DNA from: a virus
Lineage: Duplodnaviria > Caudoviricetes
IMG/VR virus record: IMGVR_UViG_3300036987_000008
Coordinates: 2,551 to 66,550 of that record
DNA length: 64,000 bases
Direction: 5' to 3' (one strand)
The notes under the pieces were generated by a model. That model ran no database searches and was not told the origin of the DNA. It worked only from the letters and a program-made list of their open reading frames with translations. Positions within the stretch are counted from its first letter, which is position 1. Each line of letters begins with the position of its first letter. Positions 44,741 to 55,107 of the stretch are shown one piece after another. The translations under genes were made by a program, and so were the position numbers.

Positions 44741-45799
44741 CTAGAAGCCTTTCGACCGCAACCACTCGTCCACATCAGGGAGAACCCCCAGGTCCGCGGC
44801 GTTCAGCTTCTCGTTGCGCTGGGTTTGGTCTAGCTCACGCCCCCACGCGGGTGGGGTGTACCAGTGCTTCGAGAATATAGTTAGCATGTCTGCCGGGTGT
44901 ATATGCGCGACGTTACTGAGGGTGGCGCGCTTCGCCTCCTGACCAACCGTAATCTCCCGCCCTTTTACCTCTACGTACAGATCCCGCTCGGGGATATAGA
45001 AGTCTGGCATATAGCCACCGAGATGCGTCTTTATGTATAACTGGGTCTTAGTGTTTGGGTACCTCGTTGTCAGCCACCGATACACCAGCACCTCCCAAGA
45101 GGATCCTGCTTTTACTACCCCCTCGGGGGTGTTCACAGTCCACTTAGCCCCCGCCAGCGAGCGCATTCCCGCAGTCCCCCTCGCAGTGGCGCCCGCCGCG
45201 TTGCGCTCGTGCCCGCACTTAGGGCACCCGTGCCCTTGTGTCAGGTTCGCGTATGTCATCTCAAACCGATGCTGGTGCTTGCGACAGGTTACCCAACCCT
45301 TCTTCTGCGTGCCGGTGAATACAAACTCCGAGAAGTCATAGTCTCCGAGGGCCGCAGCCTCTAGGGTAGCTATCGCTTTCTCCTGAGAGTTTAGTCGCCC
45401 TGCGCTTCGCCGCGCGATTCCGCACTTTGGGCACGCTTGCCCCTGTGAGTGCTTGAGCATATTAGTCTGAAAGCTGCCGTGATCAGGGCAGACAAGCGTG
45501 AACTTCTCTCGGTTGTTTTTTACCTCGACCAGGTGGTCGTAGTTGTATCTTCCACCGTGTAATGCGGTAGCTTCCGCTTTGAACACCGCCATAGGTTTCC
45601 GTCGCTTCTCGTTACCGCATGCTCGACACACATGCCCCTGCAGTAGTTCGCTAGCCTCTGGGTACACATCCCCGTGCTTGGGGCATATCACATGCACCTT
45701 CTTCCTAGAGTGCAGGTACACCACCTGGCTCAGGTCATAAGTGGGGCCCACCTTGGCTCGCACCGCTTTCACGAAATCTTCAGGCATCTGGTCTTTCAT
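44741..45799 (-). mobile_element. Putative homing endonuclease: three Zn-ribbon (DUF723-like) repeats + PD-(D/E)XK nuclease
   Basis: Y.Y/F..V...K.V...C..H...G..C..C x3; C-terminal YMPDFYIPERDLYVEVKG. Confidence 0.75.
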
Positions 45800-45848
45800 A
45801 TCCGCCTCCTGTAAGTAGTCACAGGGTCACTGTACCCTAAACACTGAG

Positions 45849-45876
45849 AAAAAACAAGCCCTAGAGATAGGGCTTG
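45849..45876 (-). terminator. Intrinsic terminator after the capsid gene
   Basis: CAAGCCCTA-TCTC-TAGGGCTTG followed by T6. Confidence 0.8.
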
Positions 45877-45907
45877 TCTCTTGCTTCTGCTGCTTATCCG
45901 CTGAGGC

Positions 45908-46816
45908 TCACGCGGACCCGTAGATACCCAACGGATCAGACACACCAAACGAGTAGCGTTCGCGTGCCTTGTAGCGGGCATTTCCTGTCTCGAAGTCGCC
46001 CAACATTTCCGATTTCACGGAAGCACGAACGAAGTGCTTCAGTGCGTTTGGAACGTCAGTCAACAGGAACCACTGAGTGGTGTTAGTCAACCAATGGTTA
46101 ACGGCGTAGCCTTGCGGGATAGCGCCGTTAGTCAACAGTGCGTTGATGTCACGATCAGAGGTGCCAGGACGCTCAGCTTTGCTGCCGTCCAACAAGCGAG
46201 ATGCAACGAATTGCAGTGCTGGCGGAACGATCAACTTGCGTGGGCGAGCTGCGATCAACAGACCCTTCTCATCAGTCCAGCTCGCCATCGCGATGATAGC
46301 TGCTTCCAACGAAGTCTCGTTCAAGTCAGCGTGAGCTGCTGGACGATTCGCGTTAGTAGAGCCATTCACCAGAGGGTGAGCAGTAGACAACAGAGAAACG
46401 CCGTCGCCATACAGGAACGAACCAGAAGTAGCGTTGTTCAAGATGGATGCAGCCTTGACCTGTTTTGTGTACGCCATACCGCGAGCCAGTGCTTTGGTGT
46501 AGCGAGCAGACAAAGAGTCGTAGAGGTTGTCCTCAACTGCTTCTTCAGTGATCGCGAAGCCCATTGCGATGGTTTCGTGTGTGTAGCGTGCTACGTATGC
46601 TTCTTGAGCAGCGTCGTAAGTGATACCAGCGCCTTCGGCTTTCACCGGAGCTGCGCCGAAACCAGCCAACTTGACTTCCTCTTCAAAGGAACGCTCAGAG
46701 TTCTCAATTTCGTAGATCTCTTTGTGTTCTTCACCGTAGCGGTTGTACTCCAGACCGAACAACGCGTTCAAGCCGGGGAGCAGTTCTTTCAGTAGTTGCG
46801 AGCGTGAAATAGCCAT
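45908..46816 (-). CDS. Major capsid protein (Mu gpT-like family, HK97 fold)
   Basis: MAISRSQLLKELLPGLNALFGLEY; PRKLIVPPALQF..R; DFETGN.RYKARERYSFG.SD. Confidence 0.88.
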   Translation of the reverse strand: MAISRSQLLKELLPGLNALFGLEYNRYGEEHKEIYEIENSERSFEEEVKLAGFGAAPVKAEGAGITYDAAQEAYVARYTHETIAMGFAITEEAVEDNLYDSLSARYTKALARGMAYTKQVKAASILNNATSGSFLYGDGVSLLSTAHPLVNGSTNANRPAAHADLNETSLEAAIIAMASWTDEKGLLIAARPRKLIVPPALQFVASRLLDGSKAERPGTSDRDINALLTNGAIPQGYAVNHWLTNTTQWFLLTDVPNALKHFVRASVKSEMLGDFETGNARYKARERYSFGVSDPLGIYGSA

Positions 46817-46828
46817 GAGTTACTCTCC

Positions 46829-47422
46829 TTATTGACCGGTTGCCAAGTGGTATGCGTGTGTGTTCGCATTGTACTTGACGATGATGTCGGTTACAGCTGC
46901 GCCGTTCACGTCCGTAGAGCTGCCGACGATGTCGACGATACGGAAAGGCAGAGTTGCGGTTGTAGCCATACCTGTTGCGTAGGCCAACGAGTTGCCGGTA
47001 GTTGTGCTACCTGCTGCGTAGGTCACGGTACAGTTACGACCGATGTTTGCAGAAGTCAGCGTACCTTCGTAGCGAACTTGGAACAAGACATCAGGATCAT
47101 CCACCACTTTAGCGAAGATGTTCGTGTAGCCAGTAGATGTTGCTGGCAAGAACTGGCCGTGCAGTGGTTGCTTCATCACTGGGTCAGTGTAACGAACGCC
47201 TACACATACGCCGATTGGGGTGTTGGTGCTCAATGTGCCTGCAGCGGGAGCTGTAGCCACGGTCAAGACAACGCCAAGCGCCGCAGTGACTAAGTCACCA
47301 GTGCAGATGGGATTGGTAGCCGCTGCTGCGGTGACTGGGAATTCGCGGATGGTACCACCCGAGAAAGCTTTGCCGCCCAGCAACTGTACTGGTTTGAAGC
47401 CGTATCCAGTTGTGATTGCCAT
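46829..47422 (-). CDS. Conserved head protein upstream of the MCP
   Basis: GFKPVQLLGG; GVCVGVRY; VVDDPDVLF.V; LPFRIVD. Confidence 0.7.
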   Translation of the reverse strand: MAITTGYGFKPVQLLGGKAFSGGTIREFPVTAAAATNPICTGDLVTAALGVVLTVATAPAAGTLSTNTPIGVCVGVRYTDPVMKQPLHGQFLPATSTGYTNIFAKVVDDPDVLFQVRYEGTLTSANIGRNCTVTYAAGSTTTGNSLAYATGMATTATLPFRIVDIVGSSTDVNGAAVTDIIVKYNANTHAYHLATGQ

Positions 47423-47479
47423 CGTATTTCCTTTCAGTTAAAAATCAAAAACAAACAACGGTAGCAATCACACCTGCTC

Positions 47480-47932
47480 TTACTTACCGTTCCCAAACGT
47501 GACCTTAGTCTGACGCTCTTTGAAAAGAGGCATACGGGGGTCATTCTCTCGATCGACTTGCGCATCGACTGACTCCATCTGACCAGAAGCCTGGTCCATG
47601 TAGTACTGCTGACGCTGGTTGAACATCTCTTCCGGCATCTTGCACAAGATCAATCCGCCCACCTCAATCAAGCCAGAGTTCTTCGCGTCTCCGTCCACTG
47701 CGAGCATCATCTCGGGGTGGTCTTCCAATCGGCATGGTTCCCAACCTTCACGCAATGAACGTGACATATTGGTTGGATCTGATACACCGAGGATCGATTT
47801 ACGGATCCACTTGTACTCCCACCCTTCTTGTCTAGCTGGTTCCGGCAAAAGATCTGCGGGCTTCCATTGGCGTTGACGAGTGCTGTTGTCGCGAGCTTCT
47901 AGATTACGGGACAAACGCTTTGTGGTTTCCAT
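47480..47932 (-). CDS. Conserved head-module protein
   Basis: WKPADLLPEP...KWIR...REGWEP...IEVGGLILCK.P. Confidence 0.75.
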   Translation of the reverse strand: METTKRLSRNLEARDNSTRQRQWKPADLLPEPARQEGWEYKWIRKSILGVSDPTNMSRSLREGWEPCRLEDHPEMMLAVDGDAKNSGLIEVGGLILCKMPEEMFNQRQQYYMDQASGQMESVDAQVDRENDPRMPLFKERQTKVTFGNGK

Positions 47933-47933
47933 G

Positions 47934-48893
47934 TTATTTCTCCAGTTTAGCAAGTTCGATAGCGTACTGTAGAGGAGTGATCCCCATACGGCGCGCGACG
48001 GCGACTTGTGATTGTGTGAGTGTTACGCGTGTAGCTGTCTTGGAGGTCCTATTGACCGGTGCGACAACTGACGTGGTTTTTCGCTTTGGTGCATCGCCCC
48101 ACTCGTGGTTGGGAAATGCTTCACGCATGCGAGCGTTCAGTTCCTTGTAGTACGTCTTCGGATCAACTCCGGGATCGATACCTTCAGATACTAGCTCATC
48201 GTGAACTCCGTAAGCCGCGCCAGTCATAACTTTGTTTTGACCGAACCAGCGATTCTTGGAGGCCCATTCAGATGCGTCTGGATCCTGCTCTGGGGCAGCA
48301 ACCTGTGACGATTGGTCGCTTTGTAGCATGGAGTTTTGCTGTTGTCCAGCATTTTGTTTACGCTGTGCTGCACCTTTCGCCCAATCATCCGCGCGTTGGC
48401 GCTCCAGAGCTGCGGCAGAGATCTTCTCCTGCGCGTCAGCCATAGCGTCAGCATCACCGATCTCGTACGCATTCTTGTACGCGCGCTTGGCCTCCGCCAT
48501 CGTCATATCGACCTTCTCTTTGGTCTGCGCGATGAACGCCTCTTCGCCTACAGTGAAACGATCTTCGATGGCCTTCTTCTCCGCCATAGCCTGCTTGGCG
48601 TAGGCGATAGCTGCATCACGCTCACGAGCGGCCGCCTCTTTAGATCTACGCTCATCGTGCAGAGAATGCTTCATTTTGCTGATACGACGCTTAACGGCCT
48701 CCGAGTACTGCTCCATTTCCTCTTCAGTCGGTTCTGCCTCCTCAGGGGGGACTGGCTTTCTATTTCTGTCCTCGGGAGGCGTGTCGTCGATAACTTCTAG
48801 CTCGAGCCCTTCATCGACCACGACCTCAACTTCGTCATTAGACATAGCTGGATCGCGCTTTAGGGTATCTTGCTCACTTGGTAGGTTGTCCAT
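47934..48893 (-). CDS. Capsid scaffolding protein
   Basis: Acidic N-terminus, long coiled coil, W..KN.WFG, C-terminal L..SQVAVARRMGI...YA. Confidence 0.8.
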   Translation of the reverse strand: MDNLPSEQDTLKRDPAMSNDEVEVVVDEGLELEVIDDTPPEDRNRKPVPPEEAEPTEEEMEQYSEAVKRRISKMKHSLHDERRSKEAAARERDAAIAYAKQAMAEKKAIEDRFTVGEEAFIAQTKEKVDMTMAEAKRAYKNAYEIGDADAMADAQEKISAAALERQRADDWAKGAAQRKQNAGQQQNSMLQSDQSSQVAAPEQDPDASEWASKNRWFGQNKVMTGAAYGVHDELVSEGIDPGVDPKTYYKELNARMREAFPNHEWGDAPKRKTTSVVAPVNRTSKTATRVTLTQSQVAVARRMGITPLQYAIELAKLEK

Positions 48894-48902
48894 ATTAAAT
48901 CC

Positions 48903-49421
48903 TCACTCTAGTTCGACACGATTCTGTTTACGTCGGTTTAACACCGCCGGTATTACCTGCAGATTCCACGGGACGTGTAGACCGCGAACCTGTTTCCCTT
49001 GTAAGGGTATGATGTGATCCACATGCCACGCAAACCCCGTGGATGCCGTGCGGCGCGAAGCTAAATCATACATCTCTCCGATCATCCACAGATCGTCAGC
49101 AGATAGCCACCTAGGTGTAGCCTGCAGCCGGTTCGCTCGACGTCTAGCGGAGGAAGCAGCAACTTTTGCCATGTTAGCCTTCTGCCAAGCCAAACTGTTA
49201 GCCCTAGCAATAGATCTAGTGCGGTCACGGTACGCCGCGCGGGTGTCCTTGGCCTTCGCAGTTGCTCGGTACTCCTGATCATACGCCCGAGCCTCCGCCG
49301 CGCGCTCTCTACGATACCGCTGCATACGTAAGCGATTACGCTCGCGCACAAGGTCGGCGTTCTTTGCCTGATACCGATCGACGGCTTCGCGATTGGATTT
49401 CCGACGCGCTTCGTCACACAC
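48903..49421 (-). mobile_element. HNH homing endonuclease
   Basis: ATPRWL...WHVDHIIPLQG..V.GLHVPWNLQVIPA..N..K.N; likely GTG start overlapping the GroES stop. Confidence 0.8.
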
Positions 49422-49848
49422 GGGTAAACCCTCGGGGGTCCTGCACGACGGCTTCAATCGTGTCGTCCGAAACCAAACGGAACTCGACATCATGCAGCTT
49501 GAAGCGGGTGCCGGAATAGGCACGCATCAGCACGAAGTCACCCTTCTTACAATACGGGCCGTTGGGGAACTTGGCCTCATCCTTGTAGCAGTCTGGGCCC
49601 ATCTCGATGATGAAGCCGACCACAGTCGCGATCTCATCCTGGCGCACAATGGCGTCAGCCTTGAGGATACCGCTCTGGTACTTTTCTTCGATCTTGGGAA
49701 GTCCTACGAGGATCTTATAGCCGCAGGGGGCCGGGAGCTGGCTAGCCAGCTTATCGTCTTTCTCTTCTGTGGTGTCGCCTTGGATAGCTTCACGCGCAAC
49801 GTCTTTCGTCTTATCCACCAGATGGTCTGGCAAAATGAGCTCGCTCAT
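49414..49848 (-). CDS. groES: GroES-like co-chaperonin
   Basis: P.GYKILV...SGIL...G.IIEMGPDCY...PYCKKGDFVL...YSGTR...RLVSDD.IEAVV. Confidence 0.85.
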   Translation of the reverse strand: MSELILPDHLVDKTKDVAREAIQGDTTEEKDDKLASQLPAPCGYKILVGLPKIEEKYQSGILKADAIVRQDEIATVVGFIIEMGPDCYKDEAKFPNGPYCKKGDFVLMRAYSGTRFKLHDVEFRLVSDDTIEAVVQDPRGFTRV

Positions 49849-49896
49849 CTACATCTCCTTCTCAGCACCCGTAAGCCGCCGGGTGAGTGCGGTACC

Positions 49897-50088
49897 TCAA
49901 TCGTCTTGGTCGAACCGCTGGACTTGTGCGTCCAGTACAGCCAGGGCTTGCTGAAGCCCTTGCCGCTTACCGACGAGCATCCAGTACTCGTCCTTGTCCT
50001 TCACACCGGACAGGATGCCGCGCTCGACACCCTGCAGGTCTTGTTGCAACTCGTCACGAACGACACGCGCTAGGGCGACTACGCTCAT
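49897..50088 (-). CDS. Small conserved head-module protein
   Basis: 63 aa; L..G...EY..LVG..QGL. Confidence 0.7.
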   Translation of the reverse strand: MSVVALARVVRDELQQDLQGVERGILSGVKDKDEYWMLVGKRQGLQQALAVLDAQVQRFDQDD

Positions 50089-52676
50089 TTAGATTCCTTC
50101 TTATCATCTTTCATATGGGGCTTAGCTGCATTCACCGCCGCTGCCAACATGCGCTGCTCTTCCGCGTGCTTCATCTTCTGCTTGTGTGCCTCGTCCTGAT
50201 GGGATAGCTTCTGACCGTGCTGATCACCGGCGTGAGCCAGCTGTTGTTTCTGCTGCGCCAGGCTCAGCTGGTGAGCCTCATGCTTCTGCTGCAGCTCTAG
50301 CTGGTGCGCCTCAGGACTCTTACCCGCCGCCGCTTGGCTAGCATCGAACTCAGCCGCTTTGGCCAGCATGTCGTTAGCCTGCATCTGCAAGTCATGCTCC
50401 AACGTCTTGTCGAGCTTGCCTGCATCAGCCAAGATCTTCATCGCGCCGAGCTTATGGTCACCATCGATCTTCTTCTCACTGATGCGGTTCTTCTCCGCGT
50501 CGTTCTCCAACTGCTTGGCTTGCTGCTGGACGATAGGATCTTTAGCCGCCTCTGCCGCCGCTTGTTGCGCCGCTTCAGTCTGGTGCTGTTGCAAGAGCTG
50601 CTGCGCCGCTTGAGCCATGACCACGCTCAACTGCTTCTCGACCTCAGGAGATATCTTCTCGTCCCCTGCTGGCAACGGTGCGCCCAGGCGTTCTTCGATA
50701 CGTCTACGATACTCATGCGCAACGTGCTCGTTGATGTGCGCTGTCGCCGCCGCCACTATGATCTGTGCGTTCGGGCTCTGGCCTACCAGCTGTTGGATCT
50801 TCGGATCTTGCTGAGCCGCGATGTGCGCCTTCAAGTGCGCCTCATGGTCTTGATACGCGAACGCCTTCACAGGCTTGCCCATGATGATGTTCATGTTCTC
50901 CGTGATCGGGTCCTTCGGAGTCTGTTCGCCGGAAGCGGGGATGATCTTCTCGATGTTCTTGATACCCAGTACCTCGAGCATCTGGCGATCCAGCTCTACA
51001 CGGTCGTAGATACCTGGGTTCGCAGCGGCCATCTGGCTCACCGCTTGATACTGCACCACGCGCTGAGACATCGTAGCCGCATTGGGGTCTGACACTGGGA
51101 TGATATCAACGATAGCATAGTCGGACAGCTTGACCTGCCGGCCCTCGTCCACATCGTAGTCGTACTCATCAGGTAGTTGGTCCTTCACGATCTCTTTGAT
51201 CAGCGCAAGCTCTTCCTTCAACGCTGCGTGCAGGCGCGCTTGGATGGCGGACATCACCTTCATACTGCGCTCGAGGATAGCCAGTGTGGTGCCAACCGGC
51301 GCCTCTTGGTTCATATCCGCTGCGTTCACGTCGGACACCGCCGCCATGCGACGACCTTCTTCGACGATCTCATTGAATAACGCCAACAGTGTCTGGCTAG
51401 GCTCTTTGAACGGGAGTGGTATCAGGTTGTCTCGGAGGTTCCCGGACGGGACGTCGACGTCTCGGAACTCACCTGGCTGGAGGGGGTCGCTGTCTCGCTG
51501 AACACGGATGCCTTTAGTCTTGAAACCAGCCGGGAGGTTAGCCAACGTACCAGCATCAACAAGCTGACGAAGCAAAGAAGTTGCAGAATTAGCAAAGCCG
51601 CCGACAAGATGCACAAGCCCCATCCCATAAAAGCCAAAGCCTGGGATGTAGATGTAGTGAACGAAATGCTGCGCCCTCGTTTTAGTCTCATCATCGATCT
51701 TCCAGTTGCGATATATAGAGAGAACCTCCTTCGACTGCAGGTCGAACGTCACCACATACGGCAACATGATGCCTGTTTCGTTGCCGTCAGCGTCTATGTC
51801 CTCATAACCCTCGATATCGAGGTCCAAGTGCATCTCGATCAGCTCGTGACGGTCGTCATCGATCGCTGAAATGCCCGTAATCTTGTCTTTTGCGCTCTGG
51901 CGAGAGCTTTTTGTCGGTTCCGGCAGCTCAATGTCACGGTAAAAACCAGCGACTTGCAGCTTTTTCACGTCATTCGGTGATTTCCGCATGCGATGCGCGA
52001 TACGAGGCACCGTAGACATGTCTGTCGACCCATAAGGGGCCACTAAGTCCTCTGCGGACACGAAAACAGACGTTTGGCGACCCAAACTAGGGTCAAAATA
52101 CACCTTTTTGAAGGCCGAACCCATGATTGCGAGGTTCCACAGCATGCGTTCATGCTCTGGACGGTACTCTTTCATCTGTGTTGTGAGGCGCCAGTTGATG
52201 TCGTTTTCGACTCGTTTGGCTGATTTGATGCGGATATCATCGAGTTTTCCGATGATCTGGCTCTTACAGACGCCCTGCGCACTGAAAGTGGAGGTTATGG
52301 CTTCAGCCTGGAACTTGACCGCCGCTTCGGCCATCAACGGATGCACGACACCGCATGCTCCATCCCAAGGCTCTGTACGTTCTTCGATGCCGAGGCCCAG
52401 CAGTTTGATACCTTCCTCATACATCTTCTCCCAATCGCTACGGGAGTTCAGATCGTTCTGGTATAGCTCTTCGCATTCGTCAGCAATGGAAGCTAGGATC
52501 TTAGGATCGATGGCTTCTGCGAGGTTCGAGTAGAACTCACCCTCGATCGCTTCCGCGGACAAGTCCTCTGGGAGCTCCTCGTCGCCCTCTTCCGAAGGCA
52601 GGATCACTTCGATGTTCTCTTCGCCATCGACGGGGGTTTGCTTGCTTGAACCTGCACCTACGGATTTGAATATCAT
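50085..52676 (-). CDS. Portal protein (P22-like) with long C-terminal coiled coil
   Basis: 863 aa; SR.DWE..Y..G..LLG; HP..AEAAVKFQA; L.RQL.DAGTLANLP.GFK. Confidence 0.92.
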   Translation of the reverse strand: MIFKSVGAGSSKQTPVDGEENIEVILPSEEGDEELPEDLSAEAIEGEFYSNLAEAIDPKILASIADECEELYQNDLNSRSDWEKMYEEGIKLLGLGIEERTEPWDGACGVVHPLMAEAAVKFQAEAITSTFSAQGVCKSQIIGKLDDIRIKSAKRVENDINWRLTTQMKEYRPEHERMLWNLAIMGSAFKKVYFDPSLGRQTSVFVSAEDLVAPYGSTDMSTVPRIAHRMRKSPNDVKKLQVAGFYRDIELPEPTKSSRQSAKDKITGISAIDDDRHELIEMHLDLDIEGYEDIDADGNETGIMLPYVVTFDLQSKEVLSIYRNWKIDDETKTRAQHFVHYIYIPGFGFYGMGLVHLVGGFANSATSLLRQLVDAGTLANLPAGFKTKGIRVQRDSDPLQPGEFRDVDVPSGNLRDNLIPLPFKEPSQTLLALFNEIVEEGRRMAAVSDVNAADMNQEAPVGTTLAILERSMKVMSAIQARLHAALKEELALIKEIVKDQLPDEYDYDVDEGRQVKLSDYAIVDIIPVSDPNAATMSQRVVQYQAVSQMAAANPGIYDRVELDRQMLEVLGIKNIEKIIPASGEQTPKDPITENMNIIMGKPVKAFAYQDHEAHLKAHIAAQQDPKIQQLVGQSPNAQIIVAAATAHINEHVAHEYRRRIEERLGAPLPAGDEKISPEVEKQLSVVMAQAAQQLLQQHQTEAAQQAAAEAAKDPIVQQQAKQLENDAEKNRISEKKIDGDHKLGAMKILADAGKLDKTLEHDLQMQANDMLAKAAEFDASQAAAGKSPEAHQLELQQKHEAHQLSLAQQKQQLAHAGDQHGQKLSHQDEAHKQKMKHAEEQRMLAAAVNAAKPHMKDDKKESK

Positions 52677-52685
52677 GGGGTGTCC

Positions 52686-54254
52686 TTAGTAATACTTCCG
52701 TCTGATCTTGCCATATGACTCTTCGTCTGGCTCGTCCGTCGGCAGGCGGATGAAGCCGCCCGTTCTGAAGCGCCGGAGCGCTAGGGTCATGGCGTCGACC
52801 TGGTCGTCGTGGTCGCCTGCGGGGAAGTCAGAACACTCTTCGACAACCTCCTGCGCCCAACGCCGACCCATAGGAGCCCAGACGAGTCCTGACTCAAATA
52901 TATCAGAAACACTGTTGACGCGGGCGATTTTATCTTGACCCTTGCCTGGGGTGAACTCTGAGACTGGCAGCCCAGCGTTGCGGAACTCCTGGAACAGCAC
53001 TGAGCCGGAACTCTTCTTCTCGATCACGAACGCATCTGGCTCCCACTTCTCATACTCGGCCATCATGGTCTTCTTGAGCTCAGGGTACTCCATGCGCTTC
53101 TTCCAAGCGTCGAGCAGTATGATGTTGGCCACTGGGTCGCCTCTACCCGTCTCAGGGTCTCTGAAGAACACACCCCACACCTGGCAGGCGTTGAAGTCGG
53201 CTCTGTTGTGTGCTTCCTGTGCCGCGTCGATACTCATTATGACGTACTCGCAGTCGGGCGGGTCTTCCTGGTCCCAGTCCTTCCACCAGTCGCGTTTGAT
53301 CAGGGCACCAGCCTCGCCGGTGGGGTTCTGCATGTACTGGGCGTTCCACAGGAACGGTGCCATGACAGCCTTCTTCTGCTTGAGCAGGTCTAGGGGCCAG
53401 CGCTCTGGCCACAGTGATTTCTCCTCTGGCGTATCTTCGTTCAGTATGGCTGGGAACTCCACTACCTCCCACTGCTCGGAGTCCGGGTTCTTCGTCATCT
53501 GGTCGATGAGCTTGCCGATCAGGTCGCCTTTGTTCCACCTAGTGTGGATGATGACCACCGCGCCGGTAGGCGATAGCCGTTGCAGAGGACCCGACTGGAA
53601 CCAGGTCCACGCGTCTTCAAACACATCAGTATTCCCTGATATGACCGCCTGCTCGGAGAACGGGTCGTCGACCACGACCAGGTCCGCACCACGTCCAGCT
53701 AGCGCGCCACCAACACCGACCGCGTAGTACTCACCGCCGCCACTCGTCGCCCACTGACCCGCCGCTTTGCTGTCCGCTTTGAGGCTGACGGCTGGGAACA
53801 CCTCTTGGAATTCAGTCGTACTGATCAGATCTCGCACCTTACGGCCGAAGCCGGTCGCCATGTCCCCGGTGTGTGATGCCATGATGATGCGCCGGTTGGG
53901 GAACTGCCCGAGATACCACGCTGGGAACAGATAGGACGACATGAGCGACTTACCCATACGAGGAGCGACGCTGATCAGGATCCGCTTCTTCTCCCCGCGG
54001 GCTACCGCATCCATCAGACGTGCCAGCTGTCGGTGGTGCGGCCCGACCATGAATACCTTGGGTTCCGTTTCGATCTGCAGTACGGGGGCTACGTGATGGG
54101 CAAAGGCGAGAAGAGAAGTCTTAGCTTTATTGGCACTGTTGCGCTTCTGCAGTTCCTGTATCAACTCCAACGCCTCTGTCTGCTCCGCGAGCGGAAGCTT
54201 ATGCAGGTTAGCCATGATGGAAGCCAACTGCTCCGCCGAAAACGTACTAAGCAT
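52686..54254 (-). CDS. terL: Terminase large subunit
   Basis: Walker A APRMGKS; Walker B LVVVDDP; HTRW; SIDAA; IEKKSSG; HDDQVDA. Confidence 0.95.
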   Translation of the reverse strand: MLSTFSAEQLASIMANLHKLPLAEQTEALELIQELQKRNSANKAKTSLLAFAHHVAPVLQIETEPKVFMVGPHHRQLARLMDAVARGEKKRILISVAPRMGKSLMSSYLFPAWYLGQFPNRRIIMASHTGDMATGFGRKVRDLISTTEFQEVFPAVSLKADSKAAGQWATSGGGEYYAVGVGGALAGRGADLVVVDDPFSEQAVISGNTDVFEDAWTWFQSGPLQRLSPTGAVVIIHTRWNKGDLIGKLIDQMTKNPDSEQWEVVEFPAILNEDTPEEKSLWPERWPLDLLKQKKAVMAPFLWNAQYMQNPTGEAGALIKRDWWKDWDQEDPPDCEYVIMSIDAAQEAHNRADFNACQVWGVFFRDPETGRGDPVANIILLDAWKKRMEYPELKKTMMAEYEKWEPDAFVIEKKSSGSVLFQEFRNAGLPVSEFTPGKGQDKIARVNSVSDIFESGLVWAPMGRRWAQEVVEECSDFPAGDHDDQVDAMTLALRRFRTGGFIRLPTDEPDEESYGKIRRKYY

Positions 54255-54834
54255 CGGGCTGGCTCACTGGCGTCACGTCTTGCACTTCGACTTCCGTCGG
54301 AAGCAGGGTCTTGAGCTTGGCGTACAAAGCGGCTTCCAAGTTCTCCGTCGGCAACTGTTTCACCGTCACTTCACTGCGTTCAGTGAAGAGGCCTACCTCT
54401 GTTATGGTTCCCAGGAGCTTCAGCGCGGCCATCCGTTGACTGGCTGGCATCTTTGGGTCGGACTCCTCGAGCAGTCGGTTCGTCACGTACTGTCGCATCT
54501 GGACTGCGTCCCGCACCACCTCGTGGTCGTATTCGGATAAGAGTCCTGCAAGCTTAAGGACGACTGCGGGTCTGTGAAAGGATGCAGAGGAGATCGGTAG
54601 TTGTTGCACCTCCCGGTTGAACTGGACAAGCGCCTCCGTTTCCTCCTCTTCGTCGACATCGACTTCAAGTCCGTGAGACAGCATGGATGCAACAGATTCA
54701 GCACGAGCTTTGATCTCATCCCGGGCATTGGCCGGGGCCCTGATCAGGCGTTCCATAGGTGCGCGTTCGATCAACGGTTCGTATGCACCAAGATCTTCGG
54801 GTAGGTCTAAGAGGTGAGACAGTGGGGTTTGCAT
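54247..54834 (-). CDS. terS: Terminase small subunit (putative)
   Basis: Directly upstream of and overlapping terL; R.AALKLLG....VGLF.E..EV motif. Confidence 0.65.
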   Translation of the reverse strand: MQTPLSHLLDLPEDLGAYEPLIERAPMERLIRAPANARDEIKARAESVASMLSHGLEVDVDEEEETEALVQFNREVQQLPISSASFHRPAVVLKLAGLLSEYDHEVVRDAVQMRQYVTNRLLEESDPKMPASQRMAALKLLGTITEVGLFTERSEVTVKQLPTENLEAALYAKLKTLLPTEVEVQDVTPVSQPDA

Positions 54835-54937
54835 TCTGCGCAGCCTGGGTTGCGATACGGCATCGTACCCGATTTCCCAAATTTATAAAAATATTTTTGA
54901 TCGACCTCGGAATTCCGATGGCGGGGGTGTTTATGGG

Positions 54938-54959
54938 CGACATGTAAATTTACATGTCG
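54938..54959. repeat. Perfect 22-bp palindrome CGACATGTAAATTTACATGTCG
   Basis: Read directly; lies in the divergent intergenic region upstream of terS. Confidence 0.85.
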
Positions 54960-55079
54960 GGGTTTGTAAAGTGACTTGACATTAAGTAGGTTGGTTATGC
55001 AAAACTCAGGGTTAAAGGGAGCGCACACAAAGTCAGAAAAAGGGGTGATGCCCCTACGGTGGGTCGCGCCCATGACGAT

Positions 55080-55103
55080 GGACGGCAGGTCTAACTGCTG
55101 TCC
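55080..55103. repeat. 24-bp palindromic element, degenerate copy
   Basis: GGACGGCAGG-TCTA-ACTGCTGTCC. Confidence 0.65.
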
Positions 55104-55107
55104 AGAC

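Noticed and set aside
19738-54540. Many long plus-strand ORFs antisense to virion genes (e.g. 19738..20574, 24744..25985, 46034..46795, 50304..51092, 52942..53727)
   Set aside because: These are shadow frames of GC3-biased genes, with no SD, no recognisable motifs, and Ser/Arg/Leu-rich composition.
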